Assembly (NCBI RefSeq): GCF_018977255.1 | Contig: NW_024704745.1 | Coordinates: 12,214,001-12,278,000, forward strand | Reading direction: 5' to 3' | DNA from: Callorhinchus milii | Lineage: Eukaryota | Length of the DNA: 64,000 nt | Part shown: positions 25,201 to 38,359 of the stretch, piece by piece | How the letters are laid out: each line of letters starts with the position of its first letter | How positions within the stretch are numbered: position 1 is the stretch's first letter | Notes under the pieces: model-generated | What the model was told of the DNA's origin: nothing | The model's database searches: none | What the model saw: only the letters and a program-made list of their open reading frames with translations | Position numbers and translations under genes: made by a program

Positions 25201-28200
25201 GATTGGAATGGTGCCAGTAAACACAAAGAGGTTCACGATGTCTGTAAATGATGAGGAAAGGAGGTGGAGCTGGGAGATATTAGCGGAGTAGGGATGGATC
25301 AAGGGAGCAGGTGGTGGGTTTCATTTGGTAATTGATGGAGGTGAGAGAACATTGGGTGACTGGGTCAAAAGGGTGGAGGAAGGGATAGGTGGGAACCGGA
25401 GGGGACCTAGGGAGGGGTTGGTGGTTCAAAGGGCTGAGGCAGCAGAGTGGATCCCCTCATTTTTGGACTTGAAGATGTCCATCATCTCATATTTGGAATT
25501 GGAGGAGAGGATAGGCAATGATGCATTGGAGTATATAAATTGGTCATTCACCTCCTGGCTGTTTGTGGGACATTATTGTATCCAAATTAGCTGCCAGATT
25601 TGTCTACAAATGCACAGTCGCAGCACTACAGTTATATTTGTGAAATGTTTTGACATTATAGTTGCTATATTAAATAAAATAATAATTATAAATTTTAAAT
25701 TATTATTATTTTACAGTGTTTGTGGAGTATTTCTCGAAACACCACCTTGCCTTATATATAGTTTAATATTATGCTACTTTCATTTGTTAACATCCAGGCC
25801 TCCATGTTGGCCGACAAGACAGGCTGACTGCGTTCACACTGGTCTGTAATGATCAATCAGGACAGCAGATGGGCAGAGGAGGAGAATCTGTTCGGGTTAG
25901 CATCTTCAACAAGAGCAGCAAAGACCGGTGGGTTACTTGTGTAAGAGTTAATGGAACGATTGCTCTTGACAATTGCTAGCTGCATTATTAGCTATGAAAA
26001 ATTTATTATCGTACAACCCTTTCACTTCAGGAGGACCTCTCAAAGCTCATATATAATTTTACCCCGCTGACAGGGTACCCGAACTGGGTGGCAAGGGAAG
26101 ATTGGGACCTGAGAGAGTCAGGAGTGGAAAGACGACCCTTAATTATAAATAATAATCCTTACATATGATGTAGGGCCATATGTCAAAAGGTCTCAAAGTG
26201 CCTCACAGGATTTACTGTGAAATGAAGCGACTGTATTTGTAAGCGAATGCAAAAGCACAATTGAGCATAGCAATGTCCCACAAATAGCCAGTCAGGATCT
26301 TGGTTTAACGTCTCATCCTTACTTGTGATGTAAATTACCGGTATACTATTGTAGGATCTCATTGTTACAAACCCAAGTTTTTAGTCACTCTCAGAAATTT
26401 TATTTTTTTGAAGTTCAGTTTTTCACAAAGCTGCAAAGAATGGAACAGCCAGTTAGCAAATATTTGGTTGTGAGAATTCTCTGTTCTTTTGAATCCATGC
26501 AGCCTGTTTTGTTCATGTGTTTTGATCTTTGCCATTCAAACAAATACTTTGAATGGGGTGCCAAGTACAGTCAATATGAAAAAGTAAACCTACATCTTGT
26601 TATTAGAGGGTGTTTGTAAACATAGAGAATTGATTCCCTTTAATGCCGCTGTTGTATTAAAAGTACCAGTTTTTTTGATTGGGAATAAAACTGACTTATT
26701 GAGCATTTTCATTGTTTCTCTGGTTTTGTTGAGGCTAAAACTGTACTTTTATCTTTGACATTCTATCCAAAATTCACAGTTCCTACTGACTTCTCACCAT
26801 TGGTTACTCATCTAGCCTAATATCCTGTAGAACTATAGAAACTTTTGGTTCATATAAATGTGTTCAGTTCTTAGTTAGTTTGGTTTTGCTGCCATGAGCT
26901 ATTGCAATTTGTAAAGGCTTATTATTTCCCACAGTGTTGTCAAGCCAACGGTGGAAGATAATCATGATGGGACTTACTGCATCACTTACACTCCCCAGGA
27001 GCCAGGACCACACACGGTGTGGGTCCATGTAAAAGGGCAGCATGTGGAGGTGAGTCTGGCAGACAAGTGTTTGGTTTGTGAAAAAAAAAGGGGCTCAAAA
27101 GGGTGAACCAGTTTGTTGCTTGAAGTTTCACGGCATAAATTATTAAACCACATGCGATCAAGGGTACATGGTCATTTCTGATGAGATAAGATTAAAAAGC
27201 CTTGTCTCTGTATTTAACCTAAAATGTAATTTGTATTTTGACCATTTTGCATGGATGTGCCGAGAGTGAATTAGTATCATCGACACGTGAAAAGTATTGC
27301 TGACGATGCAGACAACCAGCATAGACATTTATCCCTCCCAATCAGTGTTTGTCTGCTATTTTCACTTCTCCACTATGTTTTGTGCTTTCACCCTCAGTTC
27401 TTTAGTACTGAGAAATCAAGAGGAAGTTTATAAATTGTGTATTTTGTTGAAATAGAGCCAAGGAGTCAATGACTAATTTGTTTTATTTGAGGCATTGTCT
27501 TCTCGGAACTGAGCTGACTCAAGTAGGTGTGCTTGACGACAGATGTCAAAACCAAGCCAGTCCTTTGTGGCGGTCTCAGTAGTCCAGTTCATGAATCAGC
27601 TGGGTATGCAGTACTCCAGGGCAAGGCTGATGACAGACCACCTAGCTGACTTATAATAAGCCTTCTTCAGAGCAGATCGGTCACTGGAGCCCGGAGGATT
27701 GTTCCTACTCAGCTCTTGTTAAACCCGCAAGCCCAAACCCTAATGGATAGGGTAGTCCTAGCTGGACAAGCAGTGGGATACTTCCCTTACATGACTTTCA
27801 ATGGTAAGCTTTGCTTTAACGGATTTAATCCTAGCAGTGCTCCAGCGCACACTCTGGCATCCACAAACTTTGGCTCTTGCCAACCTGGGCCCAATACTCT
27901 CTGGAATTAGGTAAGAGGGGATGGTGTTCCTTCCATTTCAGACATGGGAATTCTCGTGTGTGGGTGACATATATGGAACTCTCAATTTGGTTTGGATACT
28001 CTGAAGCATGGTGATGGTTTTCTGCATGTGTTGGACTCCCAGCTGAATTAAACCAAAATAATGTTAATAGCTCACTGTTGTTTTCCAGGGATCTCCATTC
28101 AACCTGACAGTAAAAAGTAAATTCCGTAAGCACACTGGGGCCTTTCACTGCTGCACATTCTGTTCCAGCGGTGGGCAAAAGGATGTTCGTTGTGGCTGTG

Positions 28201-28912
28201 GGGGCACAATGTTAGGTGAGCAGAACAGAAGGATTTATTTTGTTAGAAACTCAACAACAACTTGCATTTATGGAGCTCCCTTCAAGCGAGGTACTGTCCC
28301 GGAGCGCTTGACAGTCGTGGAGTCTGACCCTGAGCCAGGGGGAGAGGGAGGGGGGAGGTGACCGTAACCACATTCAAAAAAGGTAGATGAGCATAATAAT
28401 AATAACCCTTGCATTTGATATAGCGCTTTTCAAGTCTTCTAGACGTCTCAAAGCGCTTCACAGAATATACTGTAAAGTGAATTGACTGTACATTTGTGGG
28501 CGAACTCGGCAGCCAATTGCGCACAGCAGTGTCCCACAAACAGGCGTAGATTGAAAATGACCAATTTATTATTGTTTTGTTTTGGAGGGATTATTATTAG
28601 GCTCTATGTGGAGGAAGGAAACTTGCCCAAGGTTTCGCCCTCTGCCTGGAATTGAACTCGGGTCTCTCGCTTGCAAAGCGAGTGCTCTAACCACTGAGCT
28701 ACAGGACTCCAATGCTTCATCTCTAGCACACTGTGAAATTCTCTCTTATTTTTTTATTGTCAGGTGGGTATCAAGGCTGCGGACATGGTCACAAAGGTCA
28801 CCCTGGACGGCCACACTGGTCCTGCTGCGGGAAGCTGTCTGAAAATTCAGAATGTGCTGGACCCGTAAATGGCAGTTTATACCGTAGCCTGGTCACGACT
28901 GTGGCTCTCTAA
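19243..28912 (+). CDS. TRIM45: Tripartite motif-containing 45 (RING, 2 B-boxes, coiled coil, filamin domain), 6 coding exons
   Basis: Exons 19243-19721, 21715-22451, 25798-25927, 26935-27049, 28089-28215, 28764-28912(TAA), all phase-consistent. RING CSVC...CLHTLCLEC, B-box CPFHPAEELRLFCETC, filamin DNHDGTYCITYTP, C-terminus GCGHGHKGHPGRPHWSCCG...TVAL* match remembered TRIM45. Confidence 0.95.
20570..21300 (-). mobile_element. CR1-clade LINE 3' fragment in TRIM45 intron 1
   Basis: ORF 20747-21280 [20 protein letters not shown]...GVQRRFTRL, plus CR1-type tail. Confidence 0.9.
22725..24030 (-). mobile_element. CR1-clade LINE fragment split by a SINE
   Basis: [28 protein letters not shown]; SINE inserted at 23340-23659. 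Confidence 0.85.
23340..23659 (-). mobile_element. tRNA-derived SINE, short subfamily
   Basis: Full reverse-complement copy. Confidence 0.9.
24480..25480 (-). mobile_element. Degraded L2 fragments
   Basis: Purine-rich + strand with antisense L2 motifs (ggaaaggaaaggttggagat, ggaggtggagctggga). Boundaries approximate. Confidence 0.6.
28393..28710 (-). mobile_element. tRNA-derived SINE in the last TRIM45 intron
   Basis: Full reverse-complement copy with an intermediate-type tail. Confidence 0.9.
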
Positions 28913-29189
28913 CAATTTGAAAAAGCTGCGGGTGGCGTGGTGGGGGGAAGTAACTGCAAGCCTCACATTGTTTCTGAAAAGTCAGCCTTGCTGCAAAATG
29001 GTAATTGTAATTTGCAGTAACTGGTTGTTCAGTCAGCGTGGATAGTGGAACTTTACACAGGCTGATGCTGTTGTGAACTTCCTTTTAATTATATGACATT
29101 GGAATTGGAGAAGCCGGAAAATTTCTTGAGTCGGTCAATGCTGATTATTTTGAGAACGTGTTCCAAGGGACTCTTTGTACTGGGAGGTG

Positions 29190-30285
29190 AAGAAAAAGAA
29201 CAGGAGGATTGTATCCTGCTCTACTTCTGTGACTTTTCCTCCCTTATCTCCTCCCTCAATCTCTCCCTCCGCATCCACTCCGCCACCCACGTCCCCGGTC
29301 ACCCCCTCGACCTGATGATCGCTCGGGGCCTCACCGTCTCGGACCTCACCATCATCGACAAAGTGATCTCGGACCATCACTTCATCTCCCTTAACTCCTC
29401 AATCCCTCCCCCCTCCGCCACCCAACCCACCTACATCTCATACTGCCCCTGGAATAAAAAAATCCCACCCCCCCCCACCTCGGCTGTCTTGGAGTCATCT
29501 GAACGCCTTCCCCTCTGGACGTCCTCCCGCAATGACCTAACCTCCTTGGTCACCCTTCTCCAATCTCGATTCCCTCGCTCCCCTCTCTTCCCGAACCGTC
29601 TTCTACTCATGCAAATCACCTTGGTACACCAGCCAGCTCTGCTCCCCTAAAGCCCAGGCAGTTCCGCTGAGTGCACCTGGCTTAAATCAAACCTAACTGT
29701 CCACCGGCAGATTTGGCTGGACCATGTCAAATCCTACCATTCTGCCCTCACCTTCGCCAAATCGTCATTCTACTCCCAAGACAATCTTGGAGGCTAAGGA
29801 CGACCCCTGGCTCCTCTTCTCCATCACAAACTGACTCCTCTGCCCAACCTCTCACACCTCACCCATCCTCACCTCAAATGCCAACTGCGAGGCAATGCTG
29901 GACTTCCTCGCATCCAAAGTCGAGGGAATCCGTTCAGCTGCCTCTGCCACTGTATCTGCTAATCTGGCCCCATGTCCTCCCCCACCTCAGCCCCTACCCA
30001 CCCCTCCCTCTACACCTTTGAACCCATCTCCTCCGCTCTCATCACCACCACCTGCTCCCTCGACCCCATCCCTAACCCTCTCCTTACCTCCCAGCTCCAC
30101 CTCCTTGCCCCTCTACTCACTGATGTTGTTAACCTCTCCCCGTCCTCTGGTACTGTTCCCACCAATTTAAAAACCGCAGTCATCACTCCTATCCTTAAAA
30201 AAAACTCTCCCTGGGCCCTTCTCTTATCCCTAACTACCACCGCATCTCCAACCTCCCTTTCCTCTCCAAGGTCCTGGAACGAGTT
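29190..30285 (+). mobile_element. L2 ORF2 fragment (endonuclease end and linker), frameshifted
   Basis: ATHVPGHPLDLMIARGL...ISDHHFI; SLDPIP...KTAVITPILKK. Confidence 0.85.
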
Positions 30286-30341
30286 GTTGTTTCAAAAATT
30301 TCCCAGATACAAGAATCACTGTTAATATTAGTGCCTTGTAG

Positions 30342-30660
30342 TAATAATAATCCTTGCATTTGAAATAGCGCTTTTCACGTCGGGAGGACGTCCCAAAGCG
30401 CTTCACAGAACACACTGTAAAGTGAATTGACTGTATATTTGTGGGTGAACGCAGCAGCCAATTGCGCACAGCAATGTCCCACAAACAGTTGGAGATTGAA
30501 AATGACCAATTTTTATCATTGTTTTTGGTTTTTGGAGGGATTATTATTAGGCTCTGTGTGGAGTAAGGAAACTTGCCCAAGGTTTCGCCCTCTGCCTGGA
30601 ATTGAACTCAGGTCTCTCGCTCGCAAAGCGAGTGCTCTAACCACTGAGCTACAGGACTCC
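30342..30660 (-). mobile_element. tRNA-derived SINE, short subfamily
   Basis: Full reverse-complement copy. Confidence 0.9.
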
Positions 30661-30699
30661 ACAGAATTATAAATTGAGACAATCTGTTGAATTAATACT

Positions 30700-31255
30700 G
30701 TAACTTGAAGGTCTCTGTGGGGTCGCCCGGCTCTGACATTGTCTCACACTGCAGGCCGCTGATACCCTTATACGCCTTCATTATACCGAGGCTCGACTGT
30801 GCAAACTCACTGCTTGTCGGCCTCCCCAACTCCTCCCTCCACAGGCTGCAGATCATCCAGAACTCTGCAGCTCATGTCCTCTCCCGCACCAGGCTCCGCG
30901 ACCCTATCAACCCCATCCTTGCCCAACTCCACTGGCTTCCCATCACACAGAGGGTACAGTTCAAGATCCTGGTCCTCACCTTCAAAACCCTCCATGGTCT
31001 TGCTCCCCCCCTACCTCGCCGACCTCCTAAACCCCTACCACCCTGTTCGCTCCCTCCGCCCCCTCACTCGCCACCTTGAAGACCCACCTCAAAACCCTCC
31101 TCTTCAACCGTGCTTACGATCTTCCTGCTTCCCCCCCTGCCCTCCCCCTTCCTCCACCCTGACCCTCAGCTTGGGTCCGTAACTCTGTCTTTCCAGCACC
31201 TTGGGACATCCTCCCAACGTGAAAAGCGCTATACAAATGTAATATTATTGTTGTA
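30700..31255 (+). mobile_element. L2 3' fragment
   Basis: RLDCANSLLVGLP...LHWLPITQRVQFKIL, then tail. Confidence 0.85.
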
Positions 31256-33139
31256 TTGGGAGTGAATACTTACCCGAATAAGATTGCACCTCAAGAAACT
31301 TTGACTTCAACTCTTGTGCAGACGTTGCATTTTAGTGGATCTGAGGGGAGATTCACAACAAAACTCCGATCCCACATGTCAGAGTATTTACTGCTTAAGG
31401 ATACTGGTATTGGGAGGTAAAGCTGATTTTTTTTCTACTTTGTGTTTAATATTTTTTGTGCTTATCGTAATTTTGTAGTCGCTTGGTACTGATTAGATTC
31501 CCACTGGTCAATGAAGCCTTCATAATAAAGACCTCTGTCAGGTCAACGCTTTAACCTTCTCTGTTCAGTTGATGGGGAATCAGGTTTCACATTGTTAACC
31601 CTATAAGCAGTCAAATTAAATGAGATTGAACAGCACAGTGGAAAGTTTGTGAAATTGTGTTTTTCTTCGTTATTTCAACATTAATAACTACTTGCATTTG
31701 AAGAGTGCCCTTTACACAAGATAACATCTCAAAGCACTAAACAAAGATGGTGTCGCACATCGAGAAAAGGAGGTAAAGGGAAGTGAATGCGTTGTGGGAA
31801 ACAGAAGGGAGAATGAAAGGGGTAATTCAGAGAATTAAATCTCATTCCATATAGTTTTAAGTAATTGTGTCCTGCAGTAAATGAGCAATTATTTTTTTGC
31901 TGAAGGCACAAAAAGAGAAAATCGGATGAAGTCAACTTTTTTTTTGTATTGGTTAAAAGGAAGGAAGTGGTGCAAGTAAAAATATTCTACAGGAACTCTC
32001 ACCACCAGTTTGGCCCCAATGTTGGACATCTAGGGCGTTGTTTGGTGCAGTTGAGGAATCCTAATGATGATTTCTATGTTGATAATGTTTTCACTCAGTT
32101 ACAAATCGTGCAGAATTCAACTTTTCACCAGTACAGATATGGAGCATTTAACAACATTATTATTACATTTCAAACGTTTGCTATAAATAGTCACTGTACT
32201 CCAGATTAAATTGTGAGATGTTTTGACAACGATTATGTTTCAAGGATTATTATTATAATAATATATATTAATAACCATAGTCCTGTATGTTAATACACTT
32301 GAAATGTATGCAAGATTTACAATTTGATCAAAGATCTGTGTCTGAATGGAACTCTTTTCTAGTAGGTGGTGCAGCTGGATTAAGGCTTCTGCAATTTCCC
32401 TCCGAGGTTTATGCACACAGCCACCTGACGATTGAGCTTAACTGCAATCTCCAACTCGATGGTTCCAAAATAATAGAAAAGCCCAGTTTTTATTGGTACA
32501 TTATTAAAGATGAAGATGCTGTACTACAGAAATGAATTAATATTACTGAAACACCAGGGGGTCGATTCTCTGTGTTTAGTAGCAATGGATCCGATTTCCA
32601 CAGCTTGTTAAAGATCCAAGACCTTGAAGTTACTGACATGGGAGTGTATCACTGCGGTGTTATCTACCATCCTTCACTTACAGAGGTCAAAAGCCGTGGA
32701 ACTCGACTTTTTGTTACAGGTAAGGTTTTTGGAATGCAGATGTACATTTTGCAAAACAAAACCAGATTTTAAAAAGCTTTCCAACAAACAAGTTGCGGTA
32801 TTACATAGCGTATTACAGCACGGAAACAGGCTTTTCGTGTCATTGCATTTCCCACGATTTAGGATCGAGTCTATTTCAGGATGATCCAACCTTTTTGGCT
32901 GCTGAGGGCTGGATGCCGGATTTGAGAATCGCCCGCGGGCCATATTTGTGTTTCCCTTTCAAAAAACAATCAATCATTAAGAATCGTATACAAATCCTGT
33001 TTTAAATTGTGTAATTGTATCACTTAATTTCACTATATTTTAGTTACAGTGCAAACTTTAAATGGTCGATGTAAATGTTCATACCATTTTTTTTCAAAAC
33101 TACAGCCAGTGACGAGGTATCTGTTTCTGTGCGTCTCTG

Positions 33140-33890
33140 AATCTGTCTGTGTGTGTGTGTGTGTGTGTGTGCGTATGTTGCTGCCTCTGCATGTGTATTT
33201 CCCTACACTCTATGCCTGTGAAATGCACTGACATGTCTGCATGTGTCTCTGTATCCCCCTCTCTCTGTCTGAGTGTGCCGCTGTATTTGTCTGTCTGCTT
33301 CTGTTTGTTTCTGTATCTATATTGTAAAATATATATGCATTATTTTATATGGGCCGCTGTTTACCTAGCAGTAAGTAGGAACCTGGTCGTTCGTCGATTG
33401 GTGGATCGCTTCCCGGGGTTAATGATCCTTCCAGATGTTTTTTAAAAAAATTGGTTACTCAATCCACAACGGTTTGTGGGACAGATAATAATGTGCGCCA
33501 TTAGATTATTATTATAATCTGTCTCTGTCTGAGTGTAACTGTCTCTGCCTGTGTGTGGATCTGTCTCTCTGTCTGAGTGTAACTTTCTCTGTCTGTGTGT
33601 CTCCGTATCTCTATCTTTCAGTGACTCTGTATTTCTCTCTCTGTATCTGTGCATGTGTATGTGTGTGTATCTTTCTCTCTCCCTTTGCATGTCTCTGAAT
33701 CTCTCTCTCTGTATGTGTGCTTCACTCTGTCTGTCTGTCTGTGTGTGTGTGTATGTGTGAGTATCTCTCTGTGTCTTTTTGTTTGTGCCCTCTCTGTGTC
33801 TCTGCATCTCCTTCTGTCTGTGTCTCTCTTTTTGTCTGAATGTGTTTGTTTCTATCCGTCTCTCTCTGACTGTGTGTCTCTCTCTCATGT
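33140..33890. repeat. (TG)n/(TC)n degenerate microsatellite tract
   Basis: Low-complexity TG/TC repeats, interrupted by a SINE remnant. Confidence 0.9.
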
Positions 33891-35344
33891 TAGCAGTTTG
33901 AAAGTGATTGACAGGTCCTACTGCTAACTAGCACCTCGCGCCATAATTTTCCCGCTGGATTAGGCCAAGCCTGGGCTATGGACACACAGTGCAACTGTGT
34001 TCGTGGCCTGGATGAAATCATCCACTGGGCTGGATAGCACGGGTGTACTTTGTGGATGGGACAGAAGTTGAAAGAGTTCTAGGAATGTTAGTTGACCCAT
34101 TGCTCAACACATCAAAACAATGTGTGAGGCAGCAATGAATGACGCAAACAGGATGTTGAGTTGTATTAAATTGAGGTCCTACCTGCCTGTTCAGGTGAAC
34201 ATTAAAGAACCATGGCACTATTTGGAAAGAGAAGGGAGCTTCTCAACTTAAATTTATGTAGGTTTTAAATTTAGAAGGTTGAATGCTGAGCTTTTGAATG
34301 GTGAACCAAGGAGCAAGGAGTGCTTTGAAGTCTAAATGTAAAGAAGGCATCAGTGCGTATTTCAATGACATTGGCCGAAATGATCCCCCAGATAAAATTG
34401 GGCATTCACTTCATGGCTGTTTGCGAGACATTGTTGTGCACAAATTGGTTGTTACGTTTGCCGACAAATAAGCGGTCATGACAATTTGCAGTAAACCAGT
34501 TGAAGGGCTTTGAAACATTTTGATGACGTGAGAAGGTACTGTGTCAAATGCAAGGATTATTATTAAGTATTTTCATCTTTAAAAACAAGCATTTTCATCA
34601 CCCATTTTTTCTTTTAGTGTCTTTTGTGATGGAAAACGCCTAATTCCTGCAGAACAAAACTGTTTACAATCATATAGAATGACTTTTTCTTGTACATTTT
34701 ATTTATGACTATTTTCCGCCTTTGTGAGTTAAATATTAGAGCGCTTACTTCAACAATAACTTGCCTTTATATTTATACTGGAGTATCAGTCTTACCTTTG
34801 AGTTCAAGTCCTGATGTGAGACTCGAATCCTTCTGAGCTAGAGTTGAGAATGCTGCCAACTGAGTCTAGCTTATTTAAGCAACAACAGTATTTGAAAAGG
34901 AAAAACTCTGAACAAACCAGTTTGTCTTCTCATGTTGTAGATTTATTGGAAGTATAAAATTTCACCTGCTTATGAAGCTAACATCACACACTTAGAGATG
35001 GGATTGGTTTACTAATCTGATTGTCATGATATTGCTGCTGAAATATTGTATATGAATAACTTACTATTAAGTCTGTTTACATACAGCAATGAACAAACCA
35101 CAATGGGACAAAACTTCACTCTGTAAGCCCTTTCATTACGTTTCTTATTTAGATTTGTATTTAATAGTTTAATTAATGGAGTGCATGTGCTGTGTGCATG
35201 CAGGTCTGATGAAGATTGTATGCATATATGTGTAAGAGAAGGAGGCAGATTGGTGTGTGTTTCATTGTGATAGGGAATATGCCTGTGATTGTGCAATGGA
35301 GTTGTTGGAGAGAATGTGTATAAGAGAGATTGTGTGCTGGGTAA

Positions 35345-35700
35345 TGTGTGTGTATGTGTGTGTGTAGGGTGGGGGGAGCATGTGTGTGTGTGGTGAGGAG
35401 TGGCTAGGGGTGGGGAGGAGAGCGAGTGTGAGGGTGGGGAAATGGGGAGCATGTGTATGTGTAGGGGGTGGGGAGAGTGTGTATGTGTGTGTGGGGTGGG
35501 GAGCGTGTGTGTGTGGGGGGGAGGGGGAGGAGAGTGTGTGTAGGTGGGGACCGTGTGCGTGTGAGAGTGGGGACTGTGTGAGGGTGGGGAGTGGGGAGTG
35601 GGAAGTGTTTGTGTGTGGGGGGGGGTGGAATGGGGGACGTGTGTGCTTGTGGGGTAGCGAGTGTCTGTGAGGGGGGGGGTGGTGGTGCAGAGTGTGCGCA
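35345..35700. repeat. TG/G-rich low-complexity tract
   Basis: gtgtgtgt/gggggg motifs. Confidence 0.9.
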
Positions 35701-36263
35701 TATGGGTGTCAGTGCGATTGTGGGAGAGAGAGTAATGAGGAGGAAAATGTTGCACCTGAATTGATAAATCTGATATCTAATTTGCTCTTTTTCTTCTGCA
35801 GATTTTGTCAAAAATTTCTACAGTTTCCTATCAGTTTTACGTTATTTTCTGTTTTTTCTGCTACTGTGCTACTTCACCTTGGTCCTGAAGTTCTATTAAA
35901 TTTGGAATTGAGGTATGCCGTGCTTTCAGCCACTATACCCTGAGGCTCTGGAACTCCCTTCCTCGCTCCCTTTGCCTCGTGCCCTCTCTTCCTATTTTCA
36001 GGTCTCAGGCGAAGACCTTTCTTTTCGAGCGCACCTTGGGTCACCTTCCTCCCCCTCCCCCTGGCTCGGCGCCGGGATCCGTTACTGTGAAGCGCTCTGA
36101 GACGCCGTCCGGCGTGGAGGGCGCTATATAAATCCAAGTTGTTGTTGTTGTAACACTGTCCAGAATTAGGTAAGCAGGATGCATCCCTTGATCAAGTGAG
36201 GGTGCATTCCATTCCAGCAATCTATCTCAGGAATTTCCATGTGTAGGTGAAATGCATGGAATT

Positions 36264-36610
36264 GGAGTCCTGTAGCTTAGTGGTTAGAGCACTCGCCTTG
36301 CAAGTGATTCAATTCCCAGTTAGGGCGAAACGTTGGGCAAGTTTCCTTACTTCGCACACCTCTGTTCACCTAGTAGTAAGTAGGAATCTGGTTGTTAGTC
36401 AATTGGCCGGTCACTTTCTGGGGATAACAGTTCCTCAACAAAATGTGGTCACTCATTCCCCAACTGTTTGTGAGACACTGCTGTGCGCAATTGGCTGCCG
36501 TGTTTTGCCTACAAAACACACGGTCAGTTCACTTTACAGTATATTTTGCGCTTTGAGACGTCTCAAAGACATGATAAGGCACTATCTCAAATGCAAGGAT
36601 TATTATTATA
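36264..36610 (+). mobile_element. tRNA-derived SINE, long (older) subfamily
   Basis: Has the extra internal segment cctctgttcacctagtagtaagtaggaa...gttagtc and a gagacgtctc-type tail. Confidence 0.85.
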
Positions 36611-37004
36611 ATTCTCAGTTTGGTTTGGATACTCTTAAGCATGGTGATGGCTTACCACATGTGTTAGACACCCAGCTGGCAAAAAAAATTGCAATACTAT
36701 GCTTGGATTTTTTTTACTGCTGTCTATTACTTTAGTCACTTAGCAGCTCACTAGTGTAATCCCTGACTGCGTTTCACAGAATCTGTGACCTTGATTTTAC
36801 ATGGGTCATTCATACACATAATCTCCACCACACATCATAACCATAGAATTCAATTGTTCCCTCAATAAAATGCACTCTGTAGAATTATTTGAAACAATTG
36901 AGTACTTTTATAATACATTTTCATATATGTTTCATTTGTTTTTATTTTGCAGATTGTTTTTTATCTTGCAGAAACCAAACACAATGACAGACGTTAAGAA
37001 CATA

Positions 37005-37490
37005 AGAATTAACTTGGTGAAGGAAGACCAAGGTCCATCTAGTTCGTCTTTCACCATCCTGGCAGTCGCTTGATATGTCGTGTCCCAAAGTATGAACTGT
37101 ATCCCAAGATATTATTTTCTAGCAGAAATCTATCTAATTTATTCTTGAAACAAATGACACTTGCTGCTTCCACCATCTCTCCAGGGAGCCTGTTCCATAA
37201 GTTTACTTCTCGCTTATTAAAGGTAGTGTTTCCGCAGATTTGTTCTGAATTTACCTCCATCTTCAATCGGAGGCCGTGTTCTCTGGTTCTACTGTTCAGT
37301 ACAAGATAAAGCAGCTTATCATGGTTTACATTATCTATTCCCTTCCGAATCTTAAAAACCATAATCACATGGCCCCTCAGACTTCTCTTCTCCAGTGTGC
37401 ACATGCTCAGTTTATTTAATCGCTCCTCATAGTCCAGGTCTTCATCCCCTCAATCATTTTGGTTCCCCTCTTCTGTATCTTCTCAATTGT
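37005..37490 (-). mobile_element. CR1 3' fragment
   Basis: LEKRSLRGHVIMVFKI...NLWNRLP...FKNKLD. Confidence 0.85.
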
Positions 37491-38359
37491 TGAAGGATCA
37501 TTGACTTGCACAGCAGACCAATGACAAAGATGACGCCCATTACACCAACACAGATAATGATGATACAAATATAATTGCAAACAAAAGTAGAAGTCCCCTG
37601 TTGTTCCGCAGAAAAAGATCCTAGTAAAGAAGACTTTTGTTAAAATTGAAAAATAAAACGATAGCAGTCCAAATTAAACTAAAAATCACATACTGAGAAA
37701 ATAAGATGAGATGTTAGTTATTTTCTTCCACTGGTACTGAACACTGCACTTGTAGTATAAACAGAACAGTGAATGCAGATATCATCGTATTTGAGTGATA
37801 AATGCAGGTATGTACTCCGCCCTGTTTGTGGAATAAATTACATTTTAAGATGGCTATCAAGTGAACCCCAATATATTGTATGATTTCACTGGATTAGAAA
37901 GTAACTTAAACTCATTGCAGATCATCGTCGCATTCAATATATAGTACACCCATAAACCATGTTGAGAATCAGGTACTTTATCAGATACTTGTCCTTTCAA
38001 CAATATCCTATCTGTTTGTTTGTGATGCCTCACTGAAAGTGAATAATTTATAGACTGTGGAATCCTCTATCTCAGTTTCCTTACTCCACACGCCTCTGTT
38101 CACCTTGCAGTAAATCAGAACCTGGTTGCTAGTCAGTTGGTGGATCGCTTTTCCCGGAGTACTAATACTTTCAAAAAAATTAATAATTTGGTCACTCAAT
38201 CCATGACTGTTTGTGGGGCACTGCTGTGGGCAATTGGCTGCCACTTTTCGCCCACAAAATATACAGTAAATTCACTTTACAGTATATTCTGTAAAGTCCT
38301 TTAAGACATCTCGAAGACGTGATAGGTGCTATATCAAATGCAAGGATTATTATTATTAC

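Larger units (their letters stand above)
31926..35899 (+). pseudogene. NKp30/NCR3-like V-TM(Arg) receptor pseudogene (type B)
   Basis: V exon 32366-32719 is one frame with a single TGA at 32533-32535 (LNC, FYWY, DMGVYHC, SRGTRLFVT, G|GTAAG). TM exon 35802-35899 reads DFVKNFYSFLSVLRYFLFFLLLCYFTLVLKFY* in matching phase 1. Candidate leader 31926-31959 (MKSTFFLYWLK) has a defective donor (G|GAAGG). Confidence 0.75.

Noticed and set aside
32533-32535. In-frame TGA as selenocysteine or programmed read-through
   Set aside because: No precedent in Ig V domains at this position, and the gene has a second lesion; a nonsense mutation or read error is simpler.
34860-35140. Decayed C1 exon between the type-B V and TM exons
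   Set aside because: Only faint fragments in shifting frames with several stops; cannot be supported without an HMM search.
33442-35811. Long ORFs (e.g. 243 aa at 35024-35755, 148 aa at 33442-33888)
   Set aside because: Translations of TG/TC microsatellites.
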